The notes below the pieces were generated by a model, which saw only the letters and a program-made list of their open reading frames with translations, did no database searches and had not been told where the DNA came from. A stretch of 64,000 nucleotides of DNA from a bacterium (lineage in GTDB: Bacteria; Patescibacteriota; Dojkabacteria; JAKAPS01; JAJZLI01): assembly GCA_021785355.1 (NCBI GenBank), contig JAJYFR010000001.1, positions 1,003 through 65,002 of the forward strand. The letters run 5' to 3'. A program made the translations under genes and the position numbers. Of this stretch, positions 9,921 through 17,945 are shown piece after piece; the first letter of the stretch is position 1; every line of letters begins with the position of its first letter.

Positions 9921-10151
9921 TTAATCTTCTTTAATTATTCTATAAACATCTTCTTCGTTATTAATCCCCATCTGCTTTCCAACTTTTCTACCTGCAGATA
10001 AAAGTTTCTTCCAACGTTTACGTTTATCTAAGTCCGCAATGGCAAGCCTTCTAAAATACTCACTTCTACTTCCTAAGTCTTGTTTAACTGCTTTATCAAT
10101 CTCTGTTAACAACTTTTTGTCAATTGCAATATTAACTGTTCGTGTGCTCAT
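9921..10151 (-). CDS. Ribbon-helix-helix (CopG-family) antitoxin
   Basis: 76 aa. TRTVNIAIDKKLLTEIDKAVK...RSEYFRRLAIADL is a typical RHH fold sequence. It lies 5 nt upstream of the PIN gene. Confidence 0.6.
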   Translation of the reverse strand: MSTRTVNIAIDKKLLTEIDKAVKQDLGSRSEYFRRLAIADLDKRKRWKKLLSAGRKVGKQMGINNEEDVYRIIKED

Positions 10152-10433
10152 AATTTACCTCCTTGTATTGATATTGTATTGATATTGTATTGAATTGTCA
10201 ACACTATGTGTAGGTGTAAATTTAGTATAAAATATTAATAACATAAAGGATTTACCAAAATATAAAAGTAAATTTATTTCCACCGTACAACAAAGAGGGC
10301 AGGTAGATCTTCCTATGTAAATCAGAAAAATACTAGGAATATCTCCACAAACTAAGTTTATTTTTGTCGTAGATAATGATTATTCTAAAAATTGAAGCAT
10401 TTCCTTTATCCATAGAGGATGCTTTTGAGAATT

Positions 10434-11345
10434 TTATTTTTCTATAACATTTAATTTTAAGAGCTGCAATAGGTATAGCAATTTTATTGAAATTATTATT
10501 ATAAAGTTTATCAGGACATTATTTTGAGTGAAATAATGTTTCTTATAAAAAATATACATTGCATCTGAATATGCTTTTATCCATCTTCTTTTTGTTTCTT
10601 TGTCTGCAGAAGAAAGTTTACTGCTAGATTTTTTTAATCCTCCAGAAGCTCCTTTATAATGTAGGATTGAAGTTTTAGGTGTATACATTATTTTCCAGTT
10701 ATTTTCTTTTATCCTAAAACATAAATCTAGATCTTCTCCCATAGCCCAAAATGATTCGTCAAAAAAAGCTGTTTTCGTATGCTTTTTATTTCCTGAAAAT
10801 ACTTCTTTTCTAATAAACATAAAAGCTCCTGTGCAAGCATCTATCTCTATTTCTCTGTTAATACTACCTTCTATGTTATAACCTTTAAATTTATCTGAAA
10901 ATTTTGATAGATTTAAAAGTTTACCTATACTATTTGAGATTGTAGGAAAACTTCTTCTACATGCTTTATCTAATTCTCCTGAAGGAAGAAATAGGGGACA
11001 AGTAGAAACACCTACATCTTTGTGTATCTCCATAAAATTATACATTTCACTCAGTGTATTTTTATTAAGTTTTGTATCTGGGTTAAGAATTAATATATAT
11101 CTTCCTTTTGCTATTTTTAAAGCCTGATTGTTAGCTTTTGAAAAACCTACATTATCTTTATTTTTTATATATATATACTCTCTACTGTCCTTAAACAATT
11201 TATACGTATCATCTCTTCCATTATCAATTATAAATATCTCTTTTTTAAGATTATCCTCACTTTGTTTTATAGAAAAAAGACAATCTGCAAGTAAAGATTT
11301 TACATTATATGTTACTATTATTATGCTAATATCTATGTTTTTCAT
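10434..11345 (-). CDS. Glycosyltransferase family 2
   Basis: The ISIIIVTYN N-terminal strand and a DNGRDDT DxD-like motif indicate a GT-A fold. Confidence 0.8.
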   Translation of the reverse strand: MKNIDISIIIVTYNVKSLLADCLFSIKQSEDNLKKEIFIIDNGRDDTYKLFKDSREYIYIKNKDNVGFSKANNQALKIAKGRYILILNPDTKLNKNTLSEMYNFMEIHKDVGVSTCPLFLPSGELDKACRRSFPTISNSIGKLLNLSKFSDKFKGYNIEGSINREIEIDACTGAFMFIRKEVFSGNKKHTKTAFFDESFWAMGEDLDLCFRIKENNWKIMYTPKTSILHYKGASGGLKKSSSKLSSADKETKRRWIKAYSDAMYIFYKKHYFTQNNVLINFIIIISIKLLYLLQLLKLNVIEK

Positions 11346-11417
11346 AATATTTTCGCCTATATTATACTTTAATTCCTTTTATTTCTATAGTTTTTTTTAA
11401 TATCTTTAGGGTATAAT

Positions 11418-12188
11418 ATGTATTATATGAATAAAAATGACAGAGATCTTCTCTTAGAATTCGTAAAAACTGATTTTACCTTAAGATATAATAATTCTGT
11501 ATTAGGGTTTCTGTGGGTTGTTCTGAAACCTCTTTTAATGTTTACTGTAATGTATATAGTGTTTTCTCTTTTTTTAGGTACTAGTGTTAAATATTATGCA
11601 CTGTATCTTCTTTTAGGAATAATGCTTTATAATTTTTTTAATGAGGTTACTGTAAATGGAATGAATTCTCTCTTGCAGAAAAAAGATATAATGCTTAAAG
11701 TTAATTTTAAAAGATATATAGCAGTAATAGGTTCTTCTGTTATAGCATTAATAAATTTATTCTTTAATCTAATAGTATCTGTAGTTTTTTTTATATTTAA
11801 TAGAGTTCTTCCTTCTTTTGAGGGAATTTTATTTTTTCTCTTAGGGATAATAATTTTATATATCTTGGGAATAGCAATATCTTTTTTTATAAGTATTTTC
11901 TATGTAAAATTTAGAGATTTACAACATATATGGGAGATTGTTATGTTTGTTTTATTCTACCTTACCCCTATAGTCTATCCTATATCTTTAGTTCATGGTA
12001 AATTTGCATTAATAATAGATGCAAATCCTCTTACACATATTCTTAATTTTGCTAGACAATCTATAATCTACGGAAAGTATTTGTCTGTATATTCTACTAT
12101 GATAATATTTGTTTTATCTATAACACTTTTTATTTTAGGTTTCTATTTTTTTGAAAGAAGTATTAAAAAAATAGCTGAAGATTTTTAA
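11418..12188 (+). CDS. ABC-2 type polysaccharide export permease (Wzm/TagG-like)
   Basis: 256 aa with 6 predicted TM helices and the ABC-2 architecture. It lies immediately upstream of the cognate ATPase. Confidence 0.8.
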   Translation: MYYMNKNDRDLLLEFVKTDFTLRYNNSVLGFLWVVLKPLLMFTVMYIVFSLFLGTSVKYYALYLLLGIMLYNFFNEVTVNGMNSLLQKKDIMLKVNFKRYIAVIGSSVIALINLFFNLIVSVVFFIFNRVLPSFEGILFFLLGIIILYILGIAISFFISIFYVKFRDLQHIWEIVMFVLFYLTPIVYPISLVHGKFALIIDANPLTHILNFARQSIIYGKYLSVYSTMIIFVLSITLFILGFYFFERSIKKIAEDF

Positions 12189-12191
12189 TAT

Positions 12192-13358
12192 ATGGAAAAT
12201 GTAATAGAAGTAAAAAATATAACAAAAGAATTTAGATTGCCAATGGAAAAGAGATCTCAATTAAAAGATTACTTTGTCCATCCTTTCAAAAGAACAAAAT
12301 ACAGAGAGTTTAGAGCTCTTTCTAATATATCTTTTTCTGTTAAAAAGGGAGAATTTTTAGGAATAATAGGAAGAAATGGTTCTGGGAAAAGCACACTTTT
12401 AAAAATCATAGCAGGAATATATCTTCAAGATAAAGGAAAAATAAATGTAAAAGGAAAAATAGTTCCATTTCTAGAGCTAGGAGTTGGTTTTAATATGGAG
12501 CTTACTGCAAAAGACAATATATTCTTGAATGGAGTTATACTTGGTCTTTCTAGAGAAGAAGTTAAGAAGAAATATAAAGAAATTATAGAATTTTCAGAAC
12601 TTCAAGGTTTTGAAGAAACTCAACTTAAAAATTTTTCATCAGGAATGCAAGTCAGACTAGCTTTTTCAATAGCTATACAAGCTCATGGAGATATATATAT
12701 TTTAGATGAAGTTTTGGCAGTAGGGGATTTAGGGTTTCAACAAAAATGTTTTGATATGTTTAGAAAATTAAAATCTCAAGGGAAAACAATTATTTTTGTA
12801 TCTCACTCAATGGGTGCTATAGAAGAGTTTTGTGACAGAGTAATACTTTTGGATAAAGGAAATATAAGAAAAGAAGGAAATGTTTTGAATGTTGTAAAAA
12901 ATTATAGTGAAGTATTTTTTTCTAAAACAGAAAATACTTTTCTTGAAAAAGATGGTGAATTTTCATTAAAAATTCTAGGAAAAGATGGGAAAGATAAGAA
13001 TATTTTTGATTTTAATGAAGAATTAAGTATAAAAATCATATATAATTTAAAAAAAGAAATAATATCACCATTTTTTGAGATTATAATAACAAGAGAAGAT
13101 GGAATTATTATATCTGCTATAAATTCAAAATATTCAAATCTTTCTTTAGGTAGCATAAAAGGAAAGGGGGCTATATCTTTTAGCGTTAATAATTTAAATC
13201 TATATCCTTCTGAGTATAGTATATCTTTAGTTGTTTATTCTAAAGATTTAAATGAACAGATAGTTTTATTAGAGAAAATAAGAAATTTCAAAACCTTTCT
13301 TTCAAGAGACAATATAAAAGGGATTTTAGAAATAGAAGGAGAGTGGAGTTCTATTTAA
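12192..13358 (+). CDS. Polysaccharide export ABC transporter ATP-binding protein (Wzt/TagH-like) with a ~150-aa C-terminal beta-rich extension
   Basis: Walker A GRNGSGKST, the signature LSGGMQ-like FSSGMQ, and Walker B IYILDE are present. The C-terminal domain beyond aa ~240 is consistent with a Wzt carbohydrate-binding module. Confidence 0.8.
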   Translation: MENVIEVKNITKEFRLPMEKRSQLKDYFVHPFKRTKYREFRALSNISFSVKKGEFLGIIGRNGSGKSTLLKIIAGIYLQDKGKINVKGKIVPFLELGVGFNMELTAKDNIFLNGVILGLSREEVKKKYKEIIEFSELQGFEETQLKNFSSGMQVRLAFSIAIQAHGDIYILDEVLAVGDLGFQQKCFDMFRKLKSQGKTIIFVSHSMGAIEEFCDRVILLDKGNIRKEGNVLNVVKNYSEVFFSKTENTFLEKDGEFSLKILGKDGKDKNIFDFNEELSIKIIYNLKKEIISPFFEIIITREDGIIISAINSKYSNLSLGSIKGKGAISFSVNNLNLYPSEYSISLVVYSKDLNEQIVLLEKIRNFKTFLSRDNIKGILEIEGEWSSI

Positions 13359-14176
13359 ATTTTTCTTAATATCTTTATATATTCAGGAATAAAATCCTTA
13401 TTTTTAAAATAATAGATAGGCATCTTTAGAATATCGTATATTTTTGCAATCTTGATCTCTTTTTTCATATTATGTTTTTTTAGTAATTTGTATTTATTTC
13501 TTAGAGAATATTTTAAATTTCTCAAATTACTCTCGCTACCTCTTAAGTGTACACACTCTGCTGAACTTATTAATAAATTATCATAACCTTCTTTTCTTAA
13601 TCTTAATCCTAAATCAACATCTTCATAATAAGATCTGAAAGTTGTGTCAAAAAAACCTACATCATCTATTGCTGATCTACTATAAATTGCAGCTGCAGCG
13701 CAACATGCAAATACTTTTTTTATACCAAAATATTTTTTCTTGATATCATTTGCGCTATATCCAAAATTAAGATATATCCCTTCACTATCAATTTTTGTTT
13801 TCTTAGAATCTTTGTAATATATTCCTTGTGCAGAACCTATCGTAACATCTTTACTCATCACTTCTACTATTTTTTGTATATATGATGAATTTAGAAATGC
13901 ATCATGATTTAAAGTGAGTATATATTCACCTTTCGATATTAAAAATCCCTGCAAATTAGCCTTTGCAAATCCTACATTTTTTTTATTTTCTATTACTTTA
14001 ATGTTTTTTATACCCTTAATATATTTTAGAGTATGATCTTTTGAATTATTGTCAACTACAATAATCTCTATATCATTATAAGTCTGTTTTAAAACTCTAA
14101 GAATTGTCTCTTGTATAAATTTTTCACTATTATATGTAACTATTATCACACTTACCATAAATGCATTATATATCAT
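13355..14176 (-). CDS. Glycosyltransferase family 2
   Basis: The VSVIIVTYN strand and a DNNSKDHT DxD-like motif. Its stop overlaps the Wzt stop by 4 nt (convergent genes). Confidence 0.8.
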   Translation of the reverse strand: MIYNAFMVSVIIVTYNSEKFIQETILRVLKQTYNDIEIIVVDNNSKDHTLKYIKGIKNIKVIENKKNVGFAKANLQGFLISKGEYILTLNHDAFLNSSYIQKIVEVMSKDVTIGSAQGIYYKDSKKTKIDSEGIYLNFGYSANDIKKKYFGIKKVFACCAAAAIYSRSAIDDVGFFDTTFRSYYEDVDLGLRLRKEGYDNLLISSAECVHLRGSESNLRNLKYSLRNKYKLLKKHNMKKEIKIAKIYDILKMPIYYFKNKDFIPEYIKILRKI

Positions 14177-14214
14177 ATTGCAAATTTATTTTTATAATTA
14201 AACAATATTTACCA

Positions 14215-14242
14215 TTGACAAATACTATAAGTCTGATATAAT
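14215..14242 (+). promoter_or_regulatory. Sigma70-like promoter TTGACA-16-TATAAT with extension TTGACAAATACTATAAG, a variant of the 1008 and 27904 motif
   Basis: TTGACA at 14215..14220 and TATAAT at 14237..14242, about 35 nt upstream of the ATG at 14277. Confidence 0.4.
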
Positions 14243-14276
14243 ACATCTTTATATAATTTTAATAAATCTGTATATT

Positions 14277-14798
14277 ATGGAAAATGAAAGAAGAATAAGT
14301 AAGAATGAAAAAAGAAGAAGTTTTTATATTTCTAAAATTTCAGATGATAAAGGAAATGTAACAGAAGTTTCTAATAGTTATGATACTAAAGGTAATCTTA
14401 TTCAGAGAACAGAAGAAACAAAATTTTCTGATCAAAGAGAAGGAAATCTAAAAAAAACTTATAATGTTTATGATTCTAAAGGTAATCTTATACATCAAAC
14501 AGAAAAAACAATATTTCCTGATCGTATGGAAATAATAGATTTTTTCTGTGGAAAGGATAATGTTTTGTTTAAAAGTGTTATTCCCAATATAGATAATGTT
14601 GATGATGTACATACTGAGTATAAAGAAGTTAATGGAAAACCAGTTTCTTTAGAAACGATTTTTAATGGTGAATATAAAAAAGAGGAATATAGAGAAGATG
14701 GATCTTTGATAAGAGAAACTATAAGAAATGTTGATTCATCAGGAAAAATTTCTCTATTTGTAGTTAAAGAATATAACGAAAAAGGGGAAATAATATAA
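14277..14798 (+). CDS. Hypothetical protein with short YD-like repeats (YDTKGNLIQRTE / YDSKGNLIHQTE)
   Basis: 173 aa. An internal duplicated ~28-aa segment is present. The upstream promoter supports the plus-strand ORF over the overlapping antisense ORF 14495..14803. Confidence 0.5.
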   Translation: MENERRISKNEKRRSFYISKISDDKGNVTEVSNSYDTKGNLIQRTEETKFSDQREGNLKKTYNVYDSKGNLIHQTEKTIFPDRMEIIDFFCGKDNVLFKSVIPNIDNVDDVHTEYKEVNGKPVSLETIFNGEYKKEEYREDGSLIRETIRNVDSSGKISLFVVKEYNEKGEII

Positions 14799-14802
14799 AA
14801 CA

Positions 14803-14852
14803 CTTACTACTTCAATTAATACCGCAAGTAGTAAGCATTTAATATTTTTTTT
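14803..14852. terminator. Possible terminator hairpin between convergent genes
   Basis: A 9-bp inverted repeat cttactact...agtagtaag with a 15-nt loop, followed by a run of 8 T (14845..14852). The loop is large, so this is weak. Confidence 0.3.
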
Positions 14853-14864
14853 AGATGTAAGAGT

Positions 14865-15302
14865 TTAGTTTGATGCAGGAAATTGATTTTTAAGAAAATT
14901 TCTTAAAGATTCTATCTCTTCAGGTGGAATTACTTCATCAATAGTTCTTCTAGTAAATTCTCTACCTTTTTTTTCGTATACAATTCTTTCAAATCTTCCT
15001 CTATATAATCTATATACAACTCCATTTGATTTAGAATCTTTTGGGTTAATATTTATTGTTAGAATAGTAGCTCTATCTCCAAATAAAGTTTCTTGAGGAT
15101 CCTCTTTCTTATTTATAGTAAGAGTGTATGTATCTGCTTTTTTAGACATAAGATCTTTAATATAATCAGGAGTTGCTACAGCTTCTCTTTCTAGTATAGC
15201 CTCTCTTTCTATTTCTGAACCATAGGTTTCACAAAACTCAATTGAAAGAGAGAATACTTCTGATAAATTATTTAATAAGTTTGTATATTTTTCATTTTCC
15301 AT
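14865..15302 (-). CDS. Hypothetical protein
   Basis: 145-aa ORF, co-directional with the two downstream genes on the minus strand. Confidence 0.5.
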   Translation of the reverse strand: MENEKYTNLLNNLSEVFSLSIEFCETYGSEIEREAILEREAVATPDYIKDLMSKKADTYTLTINKKEDPQETLFGDRATILTININPKDSKSNGVVYRLYRGRFERIVYEKKGREFTRRTIDEVIPPEEIESLRNFLKNQFPASN

Positions 15303-15308
15303 AATATT

Positions 15309-15830
15309 TTAATTGCATGAAATAATTTTAGTATCTGTAATTGCTGATTGAGGATTGGAATAACAATAAGTATTTGTAAGTTCCCATGAATTTTTTATAT
15401 TTGTTAAGTCAAACTCAATAGCATTAGATCCACTTTGATTTGTAACTTTTATAATTGATATAGTAGGAAGTTCTGTAATTACTGAATAAATTGGATTAAT
15501 ATACCCTCCTGCCATTCTTGTAATTGGATTAAGAGGGTTATTTGCTTTTTCTAAGGCTTGAGCTCTTGATCTGAATGATGAAGAAAGAGGACAAGTTGGA
15601 GTATTAGCACAGGTTTTGTAACTGTTTATAATATCTTTTATTACTACTGTTGGACTTTGTTGTGGAAATGTTGTTGCAGTTTCTTTTTTTATAGTTTTCT
15701 GAACACTTTTATTTATACTTTTTGGATTATTCTGTACTGTATTTTGATTGTTTTTAGCTACTAAAAGAACAAATAATATAACAATTATAGCTGCAAGAAT
15801 TATTATTACACTATTTTTAGTATCCTTCAT
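15309..15830 (-). CDS. Hypothetical membrane-anchored protein (N-terminal TM helix, Cys-containing ectodomain)
   Basis: 173 aa. The N-terminal TM segment SVIIILAAIIVILFVLLVA is followed by a hydrophilic region. Confidence 0.5.
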   Translation of the reverse strand: MKDTKNSVIIILAAIIVILFVLLVAKNNQNTVQNNPKSINKSVQKTIKKETATTFPQQSPTVVIKDIINSYKTCANTPTCPLSSSFRSRAQALEKANNPLNPITRMAGGYINPIYSVITELPTISIIKVTNQSGSNAIEFDLTNIKNSWELTNTYCYSNPQSAITDTKIISCN

Positions 15831-15869
15831 TACAAGGATTATATCAGATTTATACTTATTCTAAAAGCT

Positions 15870-17945
15870 TTACTGAGTAATTGCTATTGCTCCACTCGGA
15901 TCAGGATATAAGGTTCCTTCAGAAAGTATCCCTCCAAATGTATATAAAGCACCATCTTTCTCTAAAATCATATATCCAGAATTTGTTATTAATAGACTCG
16001 TAGGATTATTTTGAGGAACAGCTGATGAAGGAATATTATACATAGATCCATAAAACTGAGCATCCCCAAATGTATATATGGCTCCATCCTTTGTCAGTAT
16101 ATAGTATCCTTCTCCTTGAGAAGAAAGTCTTAGTGCAACGGCTGTCTTTACTGGGGCATTTGGAATGTTAAAAACAGATCCATAAAACTGAGCATCTCCA
16201 AATGTATATACTGCTCCATTAGATGTAAGTATATAATAACCTGATTGATCTTGGGTTAATACCAAAGAGAGTGGAGTTCTTACAGGTACTGCAGAAGAAG
16301 GAATATTATACATAGATCCATAAAACTGCGCATTTCCAAATGTATATACCGCTCCATCTTCTGTTAGTATATAGTAACCTAGATCATTCTTTGTAGGTAC
16401 TATAGCTACAGATTGTTGCACAGGAGGATTAGGAATATTATACATAGATCCATAAAACTGCGCATTTCCAAATGTATATACCGCTCCGTTAGATGTAAGT
16501 ATATAATATCCCGTATTAGTTCTTGCTATATCTGTGGGAGTAGAATTTACAGGTAAATTTCCCCAATACTGATCTTGTCCAAAAGTAGAAACTGTTCCTT
16601 GTGATGAGAGTACAGTATAAGGGGTACTATTAACAGGATAATTTAACATATTATTTATATTTAAAAGACCAAAACCATAAAGATTATAGTTTCCCAGAGA
16701 AGTAGAACACATTTTTAATATATTTTCCATAAAAGCAGAATTTTGTACTCCATTTACAGATTCATATAAGGCGATTGCTGCTACTACCTGAGGTGTTGCA
16801 AAAGATGTTCCCACTAAATATTCATTAGAAAAACTACTAAATGAACTAACTGTCCCTGTATCATATCCTGTGAGAGTTTGTTGATATACTAAAGGTGTGT
16901 TATATCCTACAGGAGCAACTACTGTTTGACAATTTAGATCTGTACTACATCCATAATTAGAATATGAGGTAAGCGTATTAGAAGAATTACTAGCTCCAAC
17001 TGCAATTACATTTGGATATCCTGCAGGGTAATCTAGAGAATTACTTCCTTCATTTCCTGAAGCTGCAACAACAATAATTCCATCATTTATTGCTTGTTCT
17101 ATTAAAGTCTCCTCACTCTGAGATGGAGTAGTGGAGGCTATGGAAAGATTTATTATATTTGCATGATTATTAATTGCCCATTGAAGACCTAAAAGTTCTG
17201 CACCTAGAGGAATTCCATTACTATTTCCTATCTTTACAGGCATGATTGTTGCATTAAAAGCAATTCCTGCTGTAGCATAATTCAAAGAACCCGAAGCATC
17301 ATTATTTGTACTTGATGCTATTATTCCTGCTATATATGTCCCATGTCCTACATTATCATATGGAGCATATTCATTTTGAAGCTGATTGTTATATACAGCT
17401 AATGCATTATATGGATCTTTTATGTTAAGATTTGATAAAGAAGGTGCTTGTGCATAAAAAGTATTATCTAATGGATTGGTATAATTTTGATAAGCTATTC
17501 CAGAGTCTAATACAGCTATAGTAATATTAGATGACCCTCCTAAAGAACTACTAAACCCATTATTATCTACTACAGGAGCATGTGTTAAAAATAGATTTTT
17601 CTGTTGTGTTATATCTATATTATTAGGAAGTTGAGAAAAACTTTTAATGTAATTGGGAGTAACATTATAAAGATTTGTATTTGAAAGTAAGCTTATTAAG
17701 AAATTTTCATAACTCATATTGTTAGGTTTTTCTACAATTTCAGTATTAGAGTTAATTTTTCTTACACTATATCCTAAATTTAAATTTTGAGAATTTATAT
17801 TTACTATTGCATTATTGAGTGTATATCTTTTATTTTGAGTAAGAATTGTAAATTTTTGATATACAGAAATATCCTGAGCATATATCTTAGAAAACAGGAT
17901 AAATGAGAATGATAAGCTTATTGAGATAAATAAAAATTTTTTCAT
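15870..17945 (-). CDS. Secreted subtilisin-like serine protease (peptidase S8) with ~6 C-terminal GYYILTxxGAVYTFGNAQFYGS repeats
   Basis: 691 aa with a signal peptide. The S8 triad motifs are IAVLDSGI (Asp), HGTYIAGIIAS (His) and GTSFATPQVVAAIAL (Ser). The C-terminal ~250 aa consists of 44-aa tandem repeats. Confidence 0.85.
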   Translation of the reverse strand: MKKFLFISISLSFSFILFSKIYAQDISVYQKFTILTQNKRYTLNNAIVNINSQNLNLGYSVRKINSNTEIVEKPNNMSYENFLISLLSNTNLYNVTPNYIKSFSQLPNNIDITQQKNLFLTHAPVVDNNGFSSSLGGSSNITIAVLDSGIAYQNYTNPLDNTFYAQAPSLSNLNIKDPYNALAVYNNQLQNEYAPYDNVGHGTYIAGIIASSTNNDASGSLNYATAGIAFNATIMPVKIGNSNGIPLGAELLGLQWAINNHANIINLSIASTTPSQSEETLIEQAINDGIIVVAASGNEGSNSLDYPAGYPNVIAVGASNSSNTLTSYSNYGCSTDLNCQTVVAPVGYNTPLVYQQTLTGYDTGTVSSFSSFSNEYLVGTSFATPQVVAAIALYESVNGVQNSAFMENILKMCSTSLGNYNLYGFGLLNINNMLNYPVNSTPYTVLSSQGTVSTFGQDQYWGNLPVNSTPTDIARTNTGYYILTSNGAVYTFGNAQFYGSMYNIPNPPVQQSVAIVPTKNDLGYYILTEDGAVYTFGNAQFYGSMYNIPSSAVPVRTPLSLVLTQDQSGYYILTSNGAVYTFGDAQFYGSVFNIPNAPVKTAVALRLSSQGEGYYILTKDGAIYTFGDAQFYGSMYNIPSSAVPQNNPTSLLITNSGYMILEKDGALYTFGGILSEGTLYPDPSGAIAITQ
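16300..16487. repeat. Intragenic near-identical DNA repeats: a 56-nt perfect repeat at 16300..16355 and 16432..16487 with a 132-bp period
   Basis: ggaatattatacatagatccataaaactgcgcatttccaaatgtatataccgctcc occurs twice exactly. Related copies near 16050 and 16170 encode the YTFGNAQFYGS blades. Confidence 0.8.
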
